Below are positions 47,239-55,953 of a stretch of DNA of 64,000 bases, piece after piece. The notes below the pieces were generated by a model. That model saw only the letters and a program-made list of their open reading frames with translations, was not told the DNA's origin and searched no databases. The position numbers and the translations under genes were made by a program. Numbering within the stretch: the stretch's first letter is position 1; each line of letters starts with the position of its first letter. The stretch is taken from assembly GCA_023245995.1 (NCBI GenBank), contig JAHFJH010000003.1:1585-65584 (forward strand). Direction: 5' to 3'. The stretch comes from Candidatus Doudnabacteria bacterium. GTDB taxonomy: Bacteria; Patescibacteriota; Doudnabacteria; UBA920.

Positions 47239-49503
47239 CTACCTATGTCCATGAGAACTGCCACGTCCACCTCGGTCGTGACTTCCACTGTGACCTCCAC
47301 CACTAAATGGCCTGCGCGGCGGGCGGGAGTCAAAGTTATTGCTCTGCGATGCAGCTAACTGCTCAGGCGTGGCTTCTAGCGCAAATGGTTTATGAGTTAG
47401 GTTTACCCGGCCTTGGTCATCTATTTCACTAACCTGCACTTTAAGCTTGTCGCCAACATTTACTACATCTTCCACGCGGTTAACTCGGTAGTTTGCAAGC
47501 TGAGAAATATGCACCAAACCTTCTTTGCCGGGTAGCACTTCCACAAACGCCCCAAAGTCCATAAGTCTGGTTACAGTACCTTCATAAACTTCACCGGCTT
47601 CTACTTCTTTAACTATATTTTGAATCCACTCAACTGCCTTCTTTGAAGCTTCAGCGTCAGCAGATACAACCATCACCTGACCACTGTCCTCTATGTCTAT
47701 TTTTACACCCGTGGCGGCAATAATTGCATTTATAACTTTTCCACCAGTACCAATAACTTCGCGAATCTTGTCTGGCTTTATAAAGAAGCTGGTAATGCGC
47801 GGCGCGTACTTGGACATTTCCGTACGTGGCGCAGAGAGTGCTTCTTTCATTTTGGAAATTATGTGCATGCGTCCAGGCTTGGCCTGCAAAATAGCCTTAG
47901 CCAAAATTTCCGGTGTTAAACCCTTAACTTTTATGTCCATTTGCATGGCGCTTACGCCTTTTTCGTTTCCGGTAACTTTAAAGTCCATGTGTCCGTTAAA
48001 GTCTTCAATACCGGCAATATCTGTAAGCACTTTAAAGTTACTTGGGTTGCTTTCGTCCATTACAAGACCCATGGCAACCCCACCAATAATTTCGGTTATA
48101 GGTACACCTGCGTCCATAAGTGCAAGACTTGAACCGCAAGTGCTTGCCATGGAAGTAGAGCCGTTGCTTGCAATAGCCTCACTCACCAAACGCATAGTGT
48201 AAGGGAAATCTTCTGAGGCAGGAAGTGCGCCGGAAGCCTCTATAGCTTTTTCTGCAAGTGCACCATGGCCAATTTCACGGCGACCAGGACCCCTAAGTGG
48301 CGAAACTTCACCCACCGAGTACCCAGGCATGTTGTAATGGTGAATATAGCGCTTGGCAGTTCCGTCGACCGGGTCTTCTATGCCGTCTAACATTTGTTCG
48401 TCACTTTTACTTCCGAGTGTAACCACAGTAAGTACCTGCGTTTCACCACGAGTAAAAAGTGCGGAACCATGCGTACGTGGAAGTATGCCCACTTCGCAAA
48501 TTACTTCGCGTGTCTCGTCTAAGCGCCTGCCATCTACCCGACGTTCATTTTCCAAAATTTGCTTTTGCTGATACTTCTTTAAAACCTTATCTATACACTC
48601 GTTTACTTCCCGCTCAATGTTTACTTTTTCCAAACCTTCTGGGAAGCTGGCTGTAACTTTTTCAAAAATAGATTTTATGAGCGCGTTAATGTGTTCTTCA
48701 CGCTCGTCTTTGCTTTTTACATAAACTGCCTGCTCAATTTGCTCTGAAGTTAACAACTCTTTTACTTTTGCCATAACTTGTTCGTTTGGCAAAATATACG
48801 TACCCTCGCGGGACGGTTTTCCTGCTTGCGCTTTAAAGTCATGCTGTACTTGTGCCAAAGTCTTCAAAAATCCTTGCGCAAATTCCACACCGCCAATTAT
48901 TTCTTCTTCGCTTACAAGTTTAGCGCCGGCTTCTATCATCATTATATGTTCGCCCGTTCCAGACACAACTAAATCCAACGTACTCACACTACGTTGTTCG
49001 TGGGTTGGATTTACAACATACTGCCCATCTATTTTTCCAACACGCACCGCAGACACTGGTCCGTCGTAAGGTATGCCCGACAGCATAAGCGCCATGCTTC
49101 CTGCCGTTACAGCTAGCATGTCTGGGTCGTTTTCACCGTCTACAGAAAGCACGGTTACAACAATCTGAACATCGTTGCGCATACCGTCGCGAAATAGAGG
49201 CCGAAGTGTTCGGTCTATAACCCTACCTGTTAAAATAGCGTCGTCTGTTGCTCTGCCTTCGCGCTTTATCCAACGGCTACCTTTAATTTTACCCGCTGCA
49301 TAAAGCCGTTCTTCATAGTCCACCAAAAGTGGAAAATAATTCATACCTTCACGAGCCTTAGCACTCATAACCGCGGTTGCCAGTACTACTGTATCGCCAA
49401 GACGCGCTAAAACCGCCGCATCTGCCTGACGAGCCATGCGCCCAGTTTCAAAACTCATAGTAGCCTCACCCACCACGCACGATATAACCTTTTTTTCTAA
49501 CAT
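47239..49503 (-). CDS. pnp: polyribonucleotide nucleotidyltransferase
   Basis: Two RNase PH domains (RTHGSALFTRGETQ, SNGSTSMAS, DFKV), KH and S1 domains. Confidence 0.98.
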   Translation of the reverse strand: MLEKKVISCVVGEATMSFETGRMARQADAAVLARLGDTVVLATAVMSAKAREGMNYFPLLVDYEERLYAAGKIKGSRWIKREGRATDDAILTGRVIDRTLRPLFRDGMRNDVQIVVTVLSVDGENDPDMLAVTAGSMALMLSGIPYDGPVSAVRVGKIDGQYVVNPTHEQRSVSTLDLVVSGTGEHIMMIEAGAKLVSEEEIIGGVEFAQGFLKTLAQVQHDFKAQAGKPSREGTYILPNEQVMAKVKELLTSEQIEQAVYVKSKDEREEHINALIKSIFEKVTASFPEGLEKVNIEREVNECIDKVLKKYQQKQILENERRVDGRRLDETREVICEVGILPRTHGSALFTRGETQVLTVVTLGSKSDEQMLDGIEDPVDGTAKRYIHHYNMPGYSVGEVSPLRGPGRREIGHGALAEKAIEASGALPASEDFPYTMRLVSEAIASNGSTSMASTCGSSLALMDAGVPITEIIGGVAMGLVMDESNPSNFKVLTDIAGIEDFNGHMDFKVTGNEKGVSAMQMDIKVKGLTPEILAKAILQAKPGRMHIISKMKEALSAPRTEMSKYAPRITSFFIKPDKIREVIGTGGKVINAIIAATGVKIDIEDSGQVMVVSADAEASKKAVEWIQNIVKEVEAGEVYEGTVTRLMDFGAFVEVLPGKEGLVHISQLANYRVNRVEDVVNVGDKLKVQVSEIDDQGRVNLTHKPFALEATPEQLAASQSNNFDSRPPRRPFSGGGHSGSHDRGGRGSSHGHR

Positions 49504-49518
49504 TGTTTTACCTTTCTT

Positions 49519-49551
49519 GCCTCGCCAAAGCTTTCTTAAGCGAAGGCGGGC
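49519..49551 (-). repeat. family B element in pnp leader
   Basis: GCCCGCC-TTC-GCTT-AAGA-AAGC-TTT-GGCGAGGC. Confidence 0.75.
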
Positions 49552-49728
49552 TTACCACGCCCCAGTCCAGACTAGCTGAACAAAGGCGGGTTTTCGTCGG
49601 TGCTACACAAGTAAACGATGACTAAAGAGTAGTCTTCGCGTTATCTGCATACCACCAACGATTAATTATAAATTGTTAGTAGTCCGTTGTGGATACCTAG
49701 TACCTACAACGGACTACTACAAACTGAC

Positions 49729-50103
49729 TTATGTTACATTCTTAAAAAACTCTTCAGCGTCAGGAGTACTACTATACACAATATGTTCTGCATTTGTAAG
49801 CTTCCGACCAGCCTGCGCAGTAGATGCTACTCCCTTGTGGTTATACCAATGGCGCCAACGGTCACGAAACTGTATGAAACTGCTAGAACCGTCCTCACCG
49901 TAAGTCTCATGTATAACTTCGTACTTTATTCTATTTGCAATAGCAATAAAGTCGCTACGCTGTTCAAGCGTTAAACTGCCATTAGTTTTGAAAACACGGT
50001 TCAACTCTTGAATTAAGCCATCCTCCGAAATACGCTTCACGATTTGCTCTGCCAAGTCAAACCACTCGCGTTCAAATATTTTTGGATCCGCGTCGTGACT
50101 CAT
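49729..50103 (-). CDS. hypothetical protein between rpsO and pnp
   Basis: 124 aa, starts 1 nt after the rpsO stop. Confidence 0.7.
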   Translation of the reverse strand: MSHDADPKIFEREWFDLAEQIVKRISEDGLIQELNRVFKTNGSLTLEQRSDFIAIANRIKYEVIHETYGEDGSSSFIQFRDRWRHWYNHKGVASTAQAGRKLTNAEHIVYSSTPDAEEFFKNVT

Positions 50104-50104
50104 A

Positions 50105-50431
50105 TTATTCTACTTCTTCTGGTGCGGGTTTCACCGGAGCCATTTTTGCAGGAGCAGCTGTCATGGCTACTTTAATTTTTAAGCGTTCTACCAATTTTTC
50201 AAAGCGCTTGGCGTCTTCTTGGCGTAAATATCGCAGGAGTCGACGGCGGTTGCCTACCATCTTCAAAAGTCCGCGCCTTGAGTGGTTGTCTTTTCTATGT
50301 ACCTTCAAGTGCTCACTTACGTCTTCTATTTCTTTGGTTAAAATAGCGATCTGCACTTCTGGACTGCCAGTGTCGTCTTTATGCGTACGAAATTTCTTTA
50401 TTATGGCGTCCTTATCTTGTTTACTTAGCAT
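50105..50431 (-). CDS. rpsO: 30S ribosomal protein S15
   Basis: [29 protein letters not shown]. Confidence 0.98.
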   Translation of the reverse strand: MLSKQDKDAIIKKFRTHKDDTGSPEVQIAILTKEIEDVSEHLKVHRKDNHSRRGLLKMVGNRRRLLRYLRQEDAKRFEKLVERLKIKVAMTAAPAKMAPVKPAPEEVE

Positions 50432-50476
50432 GTATATTCCTTCGAGCCCACAATTGCCTCATCTCGGGAGGGCACT

Positions 50477-50505
50477 GCCCGCCGTAGTCTTGGCGAAGGA
50501 GGGTC
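50477..50505 (-). repeat. family B element in rpsO leader
   Basis: GACCCTCC-TTC-GC-CAAG-AC-TAC-GGCGGGC. Confidence 0.75.
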
Positions 50506-50757
50506 TGCACGAAACCAGCTGCTTAAAGTCCGGTCCGTGGATTAATTAAACGTATTATACCAGTTTTACAGCTTTTTTAGCAAATGCAAACATTATGTAA
50601 TGTATACTATATATATGCTCAGTAAAGCTTTTTTGCACAACTTGAAAATTGTCCATAAATTGTAGAAGCCAAACCTGAGTAGTTAAATTATTATATTTAA
50701 ATTGCAGTTATAAAAATAACCGTTTACTAGGACAATTGCAAAGAAGTCTTACTGGGT

Positions 50758-51753
50758 ATGCAAGATAATGTAGAAAAAAATAGGCTACAAAAATACATTC
50801 GCGAGTTTCTGGAGTACTGTGAGATAGAAAAAAATAAGAGCAACCGAACTATTAGCAACTACGAACACTACCTTGGCAGATTTAGTAAATTTGCTAGCTC
50901 AGAAAGCGTAACTAAACCTGAGCAAATCAAATTGGAACTCGTCCGCAAGTACAGGCTCTACTTAAACAGATATGTAGACGATAAGGGCAACAAGTTAAAG
51001 CTCATCACCCAGAACTACCATGTAATAGCCCTCCGGGCTTTCCTTAAATACTTAAGTAAGAACGATATAGAAACTCTTGCACCAGAAAAAATAGAACTTG
51101 CAAAAAACCCTAGCCGCCAAATAGAAGCCCTAGAGCAAGACGAACTTGCAGGAGTAATGCAAGCAGTCGGCCAGGAACAAGAAGAAATTTTACGCCTGCG
51201 CGACCGCGCCATTTTGCTTACTCTATTTTCTACCGGTGTTCGTATAAGCGAACTAACTGCGCTAAAACGAGAAATGGTCAACGTAGACCGCGGCGAATTT
51301 ACCGTGCGGGGAAAAGGTGACAAACTACGTCTAGTATTTCTTTCACCCGATGCAGCAAACGCAATAAAGGCATATTTAAAAAAACGGATAGATAACCATC
51401 CGGGACTATTTATTGCCCACTCCAACATAGGAAAAGGTAAAGCAATGGAAGCAGAAATAACAGCGCAAGGTTTTAAGCGCTCGGAAAAAAACGACGGCAA
51501 GGCAGCTGGTCTATCGGCTAGAAGTATACAAAGACTTATACATAAGTACGCAATGCTTGCTGGCATTACCCACCACGTATCCCCTCACACTTTTCGCCAT
51601 AGCTTCGCAACAGATCTTTTGAGAAACGGCGCGGACATTCGAAGTGTACAAACCATGCTTGGCCACGCTAGCATTACCACAACACAAATTTACACCCATG
51701 TCACAAACGAAGGCCTACGCGAAATTCACAAAAAATTCCACGATAAAAAATAG
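50758..51753 (+). CDS. XerC/XerD-like tyrosine recombinase
   Basis: TGVRISE, GKGDK, HTFRH, LGH, TQIYTH catalytic set. Confidence 0.95.
   Translation: MQDNVEKNRLQKYIREFLEYCEIEKNKSNRTISNYEHYLGRFSKFASSESVTKPEQIKLELVRKYRLYLNRYVDDKGNKLKLITQNYHVIALRAFLKYLSKNDIETLAPEKIELAKNPSRQIEALEQDELAGVMQAVGQEQEEILRLRDRAILLTLFSTGVRISELTALKREMVNVDRGEFTVRGKGDKLRLVFLSPDAANAIKAYLKKRIDNHPGLFIAHSNIGKGKAMEAEITAQGFKRSEKNDGKAAGLSARSIQRLIHKYAMLAGITHHVSPHTFRHSFATDLLRNGADIRSVQTMLGHASITTTQIYTHVTNEGLREIHKKFHDKK
51706..51752 (+). repeat. 47-bp direct repeat, copy 1 (recombinase 3' end)
   Basis: Identical to 52927-52973. Confidence 0.95.
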
Positions 51754-51760
51754 CTTGATA

Positions 51761-52726
51761 TTAAGAATTAACCAGATTGGTAATCAAAGATGAAACCAAG
51801 TAACTCAGGCGTTTAGTATCGTGTCGTGCTATTGAATTATCAGTCCACAAATCAGCAGAAACCACACGCTCGTCGGTGCTATCTTTGGACCCACAAATTA
51901 TAGGATACTTACGCTCTGCCGCGTATTGCTGTAAAACTTCGTCTGAGGGAACTTGTGTATTCACTACGGCTTTGGCTATAGACCTACCGACATAAGATTC
52001 TAGTATATGTATGAGAGACTCTACAGTGCATCCTTGCATACCAGCACCCTCGGTTAACAAATTTGTAATGTATATTATTGGAGCATGTGAACTGACTATC
52101 GCCTCACGGACACCGTCTGGCAGCAAGTTAGGCAAAACGCTTGTGTAGAAACTACCAGGGCCCAAACATATAACTTGTGCGTTACGGATAGCAGCTAGGG
52201 CAGTATCTGATGCAGATACGGATTGTTCTAAATACAACTTTTCAACTACTTTGCCTTCGTATATCCCTACATCTACACTGGTTTCAGTCTTAAATACTTC
52301 GCCATCTGTATACCGAGCACATAAAACACTATGCTCATAGGTAATAGGAATAACCGTGCCTTTTACGGATAATAGTTGAGATAGTGCTACAACAGCCTCA
52401 GAAAAACTTCCGTAAACTTTCTCCAGTCCCAACAATAAAATGTTGCCTCCGGTATGCCCATTGTATTGAGGGTTGCGAATACGCCGCAATAAGATATCTC
52501 TGGCTTCCTGAGTATTTTCCGATAAAGCCAAAACACATTTAAGCACATCTCCCTGAGGGAGTGTACCAAACTTGTCTTTTAATTCGCCAGAACTACCACC
52601 CGTATCAAACATATTAACAAGCGCAGAAAGCTGAAGCCATGGATTATCTTTTAAACTGGTAAGTAGTGATGGCAAACCAGTTCCGCCGCCAATGCAAACC
52701 ACCTGTATGGGAGATATTTGTCGCAT
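51761..52726 (-). CDS. YvcK/GlmR (CofD-related) family protein
   Basis: IGGGTGL, DTGGSSG, GPGSFYTSVLPNLL, RHD. Confidence 0.9.
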   Translation of the reverse strand: MRQISPIQVVCIGGGTGLPSLLTSLKDNPWLQLSALVNMFDTGGSSGELKDKFGTLPQGDVLKCVLALSENTQEARDILLRRIRNPQYNGHTGGNILLLGLEKVYGSFSEAVVALSQLLSVKGTVIPITYEHSVLCARYTDGEVFKTETSVDVGIYEGKVVEKLYLEQSVSASDTALAAIRNAQVICLGPGSFYTSVLPNLLPDGVREAIVSSHAPIIYITNLLTEGAGMQGCTVESLIHILESYVGRSIAKAVVNTQVPSDEVLQQYAAERKYPIICGSKDSTDERVVSADLWTDNSIARHDTKRLSYLVSSLITNLVNS

Positions 52727-52926
52727 ATATGTATTTAAAGAAATTAAATTGATATATTCTAATACCAGTATATTAAGTTAACTAATTTAAGCGGTCAAAA
52801 TCTAATTTGTAAAATTCATTATTCAGATAGTTGTAGCTTGTAATAGGTAACTTTTCATGCAACTAATAGATTATCCTTTTTAGTGGCGCAAAAACATAAA
52901 ACCGCGCAAATTTACACCAACATACC

Positions 52927-52973
52927 AACGAAGGCCTACGCGAAATTCACAAAAAATTCCACGATAAAAAATA
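52927..52973 (+). repeat. 47-bp direct repeat, copy 2
   Basis: AACGAAGGCCTACGCGAAATTCACAAAAAATTCCACGATAAAAAATA; imperfect similarity extends back to ~52907. Confidence 0.95.
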
Positions 52974-53103
52974 ATAGAACAACTTTAATATACAAAAGAT
53001 AATCTAAACCATGCGCTTGGTCAGTATTATAGAACTTTACAAAGAAGATTAAATTCTGCAAAATACATGCACCTGATACCTAAGTACGGTCAGGCTATTT
53101 TTT

Positions 53104-53349
53104 ATGGGGGACAAGCGAATAGCGACAGTTAGAGTTATTGTTATCACAGCAGTGCGGTATGCAAAAGGAGTAGAAGCGAACCTCAACGGCGGGGTAAATT
53201 TTTCTTGGGCAGAGGCAGAAAAATTCAACGCTTCATTGGCGCAACAATCCAACGCATCTTTCACTATTGACGGAGATTCCGAATACACAATTGATGAGCT
53301 ATCGGATATGCTAGCCACGCTTTATGCGTCCGCCAGTCGCGGAATGTGA
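53104..53349 (+). CDS. hypothetical protein
   Basis: 81 aa ORF followed by hairpin 53361-53404. Confidence 0.5.
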   Translation: MGDKRIATVRVIVITAVRYAKGVEANLNGGVNFSWAEAEKFNASLAQQSNASFTIDGDSEYTIDELSDMLATLYASASRGM

Positions 53350-53412
53350 AACAACCAAATAGAGTCTGACTGGAATACCTCTGTACAAATTCCAGTCAGA
53401 CTCTCAAACAAA

Positions 53413-54039
53413 TTATCTTTTAATCTTAAACAATTTGAACAAAGCAATTCTGCTTTGTTTATTTTTTAGGACGTGATAAATTCCAGGAGAAATAGAAAGG
53501 AAAATAATTATAACTATTCCTGGAACAATATATTTTTCTACATTGGGCACTGTTGTGCCTAGCCAAAAACCAAGCAGGGTTAGACCTATAGCCCAAAGTA
53601 GCGTGCCGACTACGCTATAAACCAAAAACAAACCATATCGCATGCGTGAAAGACCCGCTACCACCGGACTAAAAGTTCTAACAACAGGCACGAAGCGAGC
53701 TATAACCACCGCCTTGCCACCGTGTCGCTCAAAAAACTCGTGACTACGACGCAAATGATCTGGATTAAAAAATATAGACTTGGGTCGAGTAAACAATTTA
53801 GGTCCAGCCAGTTTACCAATATGGTAACCTAAGTTGTCTCCAATAAATGCCGCGACAAACAAACCTAAACACAACCACCAAATATTAAGGTAACCCTGCG
53901 AAGCTAAAATACCTGCAGTAAAAAGCAAACTATCCCCTGGCAAGAAAAAACCAACAAGGAGTCCTGTCTCGGCAAAAATTATTCCAAAAACGCCTATGTA
54001 ACCTGCAGTTTTAACTAACGAGGGAACGTCTATAAACAT
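53413..54039 (-). CDS. DedA/VTT family membrane protein
   Basis: FAETGLLVGFFLPGDSLLFTAG, ARFVPVVRT. Confidence 0.95.
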   Translation of the reverse strand: MFIDVPSLVKTAGYIGVFGIIFAETGLLVGFFLPGDSLLFTAGILASQGYLNIWWLCLGLFVAAFIGDNLGYHIGKLAGPKLFTRPKSIFFNPDHLRRSHEFFERHGGKAVVIARFVPVVRTFSPVVAGLSRMRYGLFLVYSVVGTLLWAIGLTLLGFWLGTTVPNVEKYIVPGIVIIIFLSISPGIYHVLKNKQSRIALFKLFKIKR

Positions 54040-54114
54040 AAGAGCAGTCTAATGATAAAAGATTATAATGAATGCCTCTAAAGTATAACAGAGAAATTAA
54101 AGAAAATTTAAGCC

Positions 54115-54143
54115 TTGATAAACTCAAAGAAATTCATTATAAT
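54115..54143 (+). promoter_or_regulatory. sigma70 promoter of tRNA-Arg(GCG)
   Basis: TTGATA-17nt-TATAAT. Confidence 0.7.
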
Positions 54144-54157
54144 AGCGTAGCAGTAAG

Positions 54158-54234
54158 GGCCTCGTAGCTCAGCTGGATAGAGCGTCAGCTTGCGGAGCTG
54201 AAGGTCGCAGGTTCAAATCCCGCCGAGGTCACCA
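54158..54234 (+). tRNA. tRNA-Arg(GCG)
   Basis: GGCCTCG...TCAGC-TT-GCG-GA-GCTGA...GGTTCAAATCC...CGAGGTCACCA. Confidence 0.95.
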
Positions 54235-54311
54235 TAATAAATCCCGCATTGACGGGATTTATTTTTAAACTATTTGCTAGTACCGTTACACTATATATAA
54301 TATAAATATAC

Positions 54312-54386
54312 GCCCTTGTAGCTCAATGGATAGAGCAGTGCTCTTCTAAGGCATTGATGTTGGTTCGATTCCAACCGAGGGCACCA
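54312..54386 (+). tRNA. tRNA-Arg(TCT)
   Basis: GCCCTTG...GTGCT-CT-TCT-AA-GGCAT...GGTTCGATTCC...CGAGGGCACCA. Confidence 0.95.
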
Positions 54387-54534
54387 TTCGACTCGCGTTT
54401 CGTAAAACCTCAACACTCGCTCATGGTCTACGACGAGCAGCAAAGTACTAAGTTTATACATAATAAAGTCGAATGCCCTGTCGTTCGAGACCCTGAGGGG
54501 TCCTCAGACCCTCGAAGGGAGCCTGTCGAAGGAC
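54383..54534 (+). repeat. nested palindromic leader between tRNA-Arg(TCT) and the GIY-YIG gene
   Basis: CATTCGAC (54385)/GTCGAATG (54468) inverted repeat; GCCCTG|AGCCTGTCGAAGG split by a 39-nt insert containing TTCGAG-ACC-CTGAGG-GGT-CCTCAG-ACC-CTCGAA. Confidence 0.7.
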
Positions 54535-54536
54535 AA

Positions 54537-54788
54537 TACTATTTTTACATTCTGGAATGCAAAGATTCATCATTATATTGTGGCTCTTCAAATAATTTAA
54601 GCACTAGATTGCATACACACAACATAGGCAAGGCCGCTGAATGGACAGCTATCCGCAGACCTCTTCAACTTGTATACTACGAAAGCTACTATACATTAGT
54701 AGGTGCTCGCAAACGAGAACAGCAGGTAAAGGGTTGAAGTAAAAAGAAAAAAGAATATTTAATAAACCATAAGTGGGGTAAACTATAA
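54537..54788 (+). pseudogene. GIY-YIG endonuclease (YhbQ-like), no ATG start and an internal TGA
   Basis: YYFYILECKDSSLYCGSSNNLSTRLHTHN...RRPLQLVYYE...REQQVKG*SKKKKEYLI; TGA falls at the family's KGW Trp position. Confidence 0.85.
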
Positions 54789-55405
54789 TGCTTAAAATAT
54801 ACCTTGCAAGACATGGACAGGACCAAGACAACGCAGCAGGCATTTTAAACGGTCATAGAAACATGCCGCTTACAGAAATTGGATTTGAACAAGCGCGAAC
54901 TGTAGCAACTAAAATAAAAGACGCGAATTTACATTTCGATGCAGTTTACACCTCGCCTCTTCTACGCGCCAAACAAACTGCAAATACAATAGTACAAAGC
55001 ATTGGTGGACCTACCCCAATTCCTTTAGAAAACCTTATAGAAAGAAATTTTGGGTGTATGAGTGGTAAACCTCAAAACATCATAACTGAAGTTTGTTCGC
55101 CCGATATTATTACAACCAATACTATAGTTTATTTTCTTAATCCTGAAGGCGCAGAAACTTTTCCAGATTTACTCGCGCGTGCAGAAAAATTACTCTTAAG
55201 AATAACCTCGCAGCACACAGAAGGTTCTATACTACTAGTTACCCATGGAGACTTTGGTAAAATGATTTACGCGCAATACTATAACCTACCCTGGCAAGAC
55301 ATACTAACACAGTTTCATTTTGGCAACTCTGAATTACTCCTGTTGAGTCCTGACTCTCCGGCTAACCAAGCGCATGTATTTGAAATAGAGCAGCATAACA
55401 CCTAA
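54788..55405 (+). CDS. histidine phosphatase family protein
   Basis: LARHG, SPLLRAKQT, ERNFG, VTHG. Confidence 0.93.
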   Translation: MLKIYLARHGQDQDNAAGILNGHRNMPLTEIGFEQARTVATKIKDANLHFDAVYTSPLLRAKQTANTIVQSIGGPTPIPLENLIERNFGCMSGKPQNIITEVCSPDIITTNTIVYFLNPEGAETFPDLLARAEKLLLRITSQHTEGSILLVTHGDFGKMIYAQYYNLPWQDILTQFHFGNSELLLLSPDSPANQAHVFEIEQHNT

Positions 55406-55489
55406 ATTTTTACGAAATCAATCCATACGCTAAAATACTTAGGCCGAGACTAGCTTATGCAAATGATAAAAAAATAGTTGTTAATGCTT

Positions 55490-55855
55490 TTACTTCTCAC
55501 TTTCCGTATCTTCTTTTATTGCTTTTTCAATTACTTCTTCAATAGGCCTGCGGGCAGAAGGGTCGGTGTCACTTACAGGAAAATTGGCGAACTTCATAAA
55601 ATGCCTCACCTTACCACTTGGGTACTCTACTGCAACTGTCATGTCGTGGTCATAAAGCCTGAAGTTATATCCTTCTTGCAACATTCGTTCAGCCATGTCC
55701 TTAATAGGCCGGTAAAATTTCCTTTCACTTTCGGGTTCTTTGGGCACATCAACTCCGGACTCAAACTTTCCAGTAGCCGTTTCAGTTAACTCATGGCCAG
55801 TCGCGTCTAATTTTTCACCCCCACTGCCTAAGGAACTTTGTTCAATATTTACCAT
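55490..55855 (-). CDS. hypothetical protein
   Basis: 121 aa acidic ORF, TATAAT upstream. Confidence 0.6.
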   Translation of the reverse strand: MVNIEQSSLGSGGEKLDATGHELTETATGKFESGVDVPKEPESERKFYRPIKDMAERMLQEGYNFRLYDHDMTVAVEYPSGKVRHFMKFANFPVSDTDPSARRPIEEVIEKAIKEDTESEK

Positions 55856-55953
55856 ATTTGTATACTTAATTCTATATAACTATTATATACCCGAAATTAC
55901 CTGCACTATAACAGACTTTTGGGTTCGTAAACCACTAAAAATACTTCGAACAA

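Noticed and set aside
50585-50725. Possible dif site upstream of the Xer gene
   Set aside because: AT-rich with short palindromes, but no convincing 11-6-11 match with a TTATGTTAAA-type arm
54354-54536. N-terminal half of the 127-aa ORF
   Set aside because: Overlaps the tRNA-Arg T-arm and palindromic repeats; not protein-like
54735-54737. UGA recoding (code 25 or 4)
   Set aside because: No in-frame TGA in any housekeeping gene, and TGA ends ilvE (ATGA overlap with nfo) and the TrmB gene
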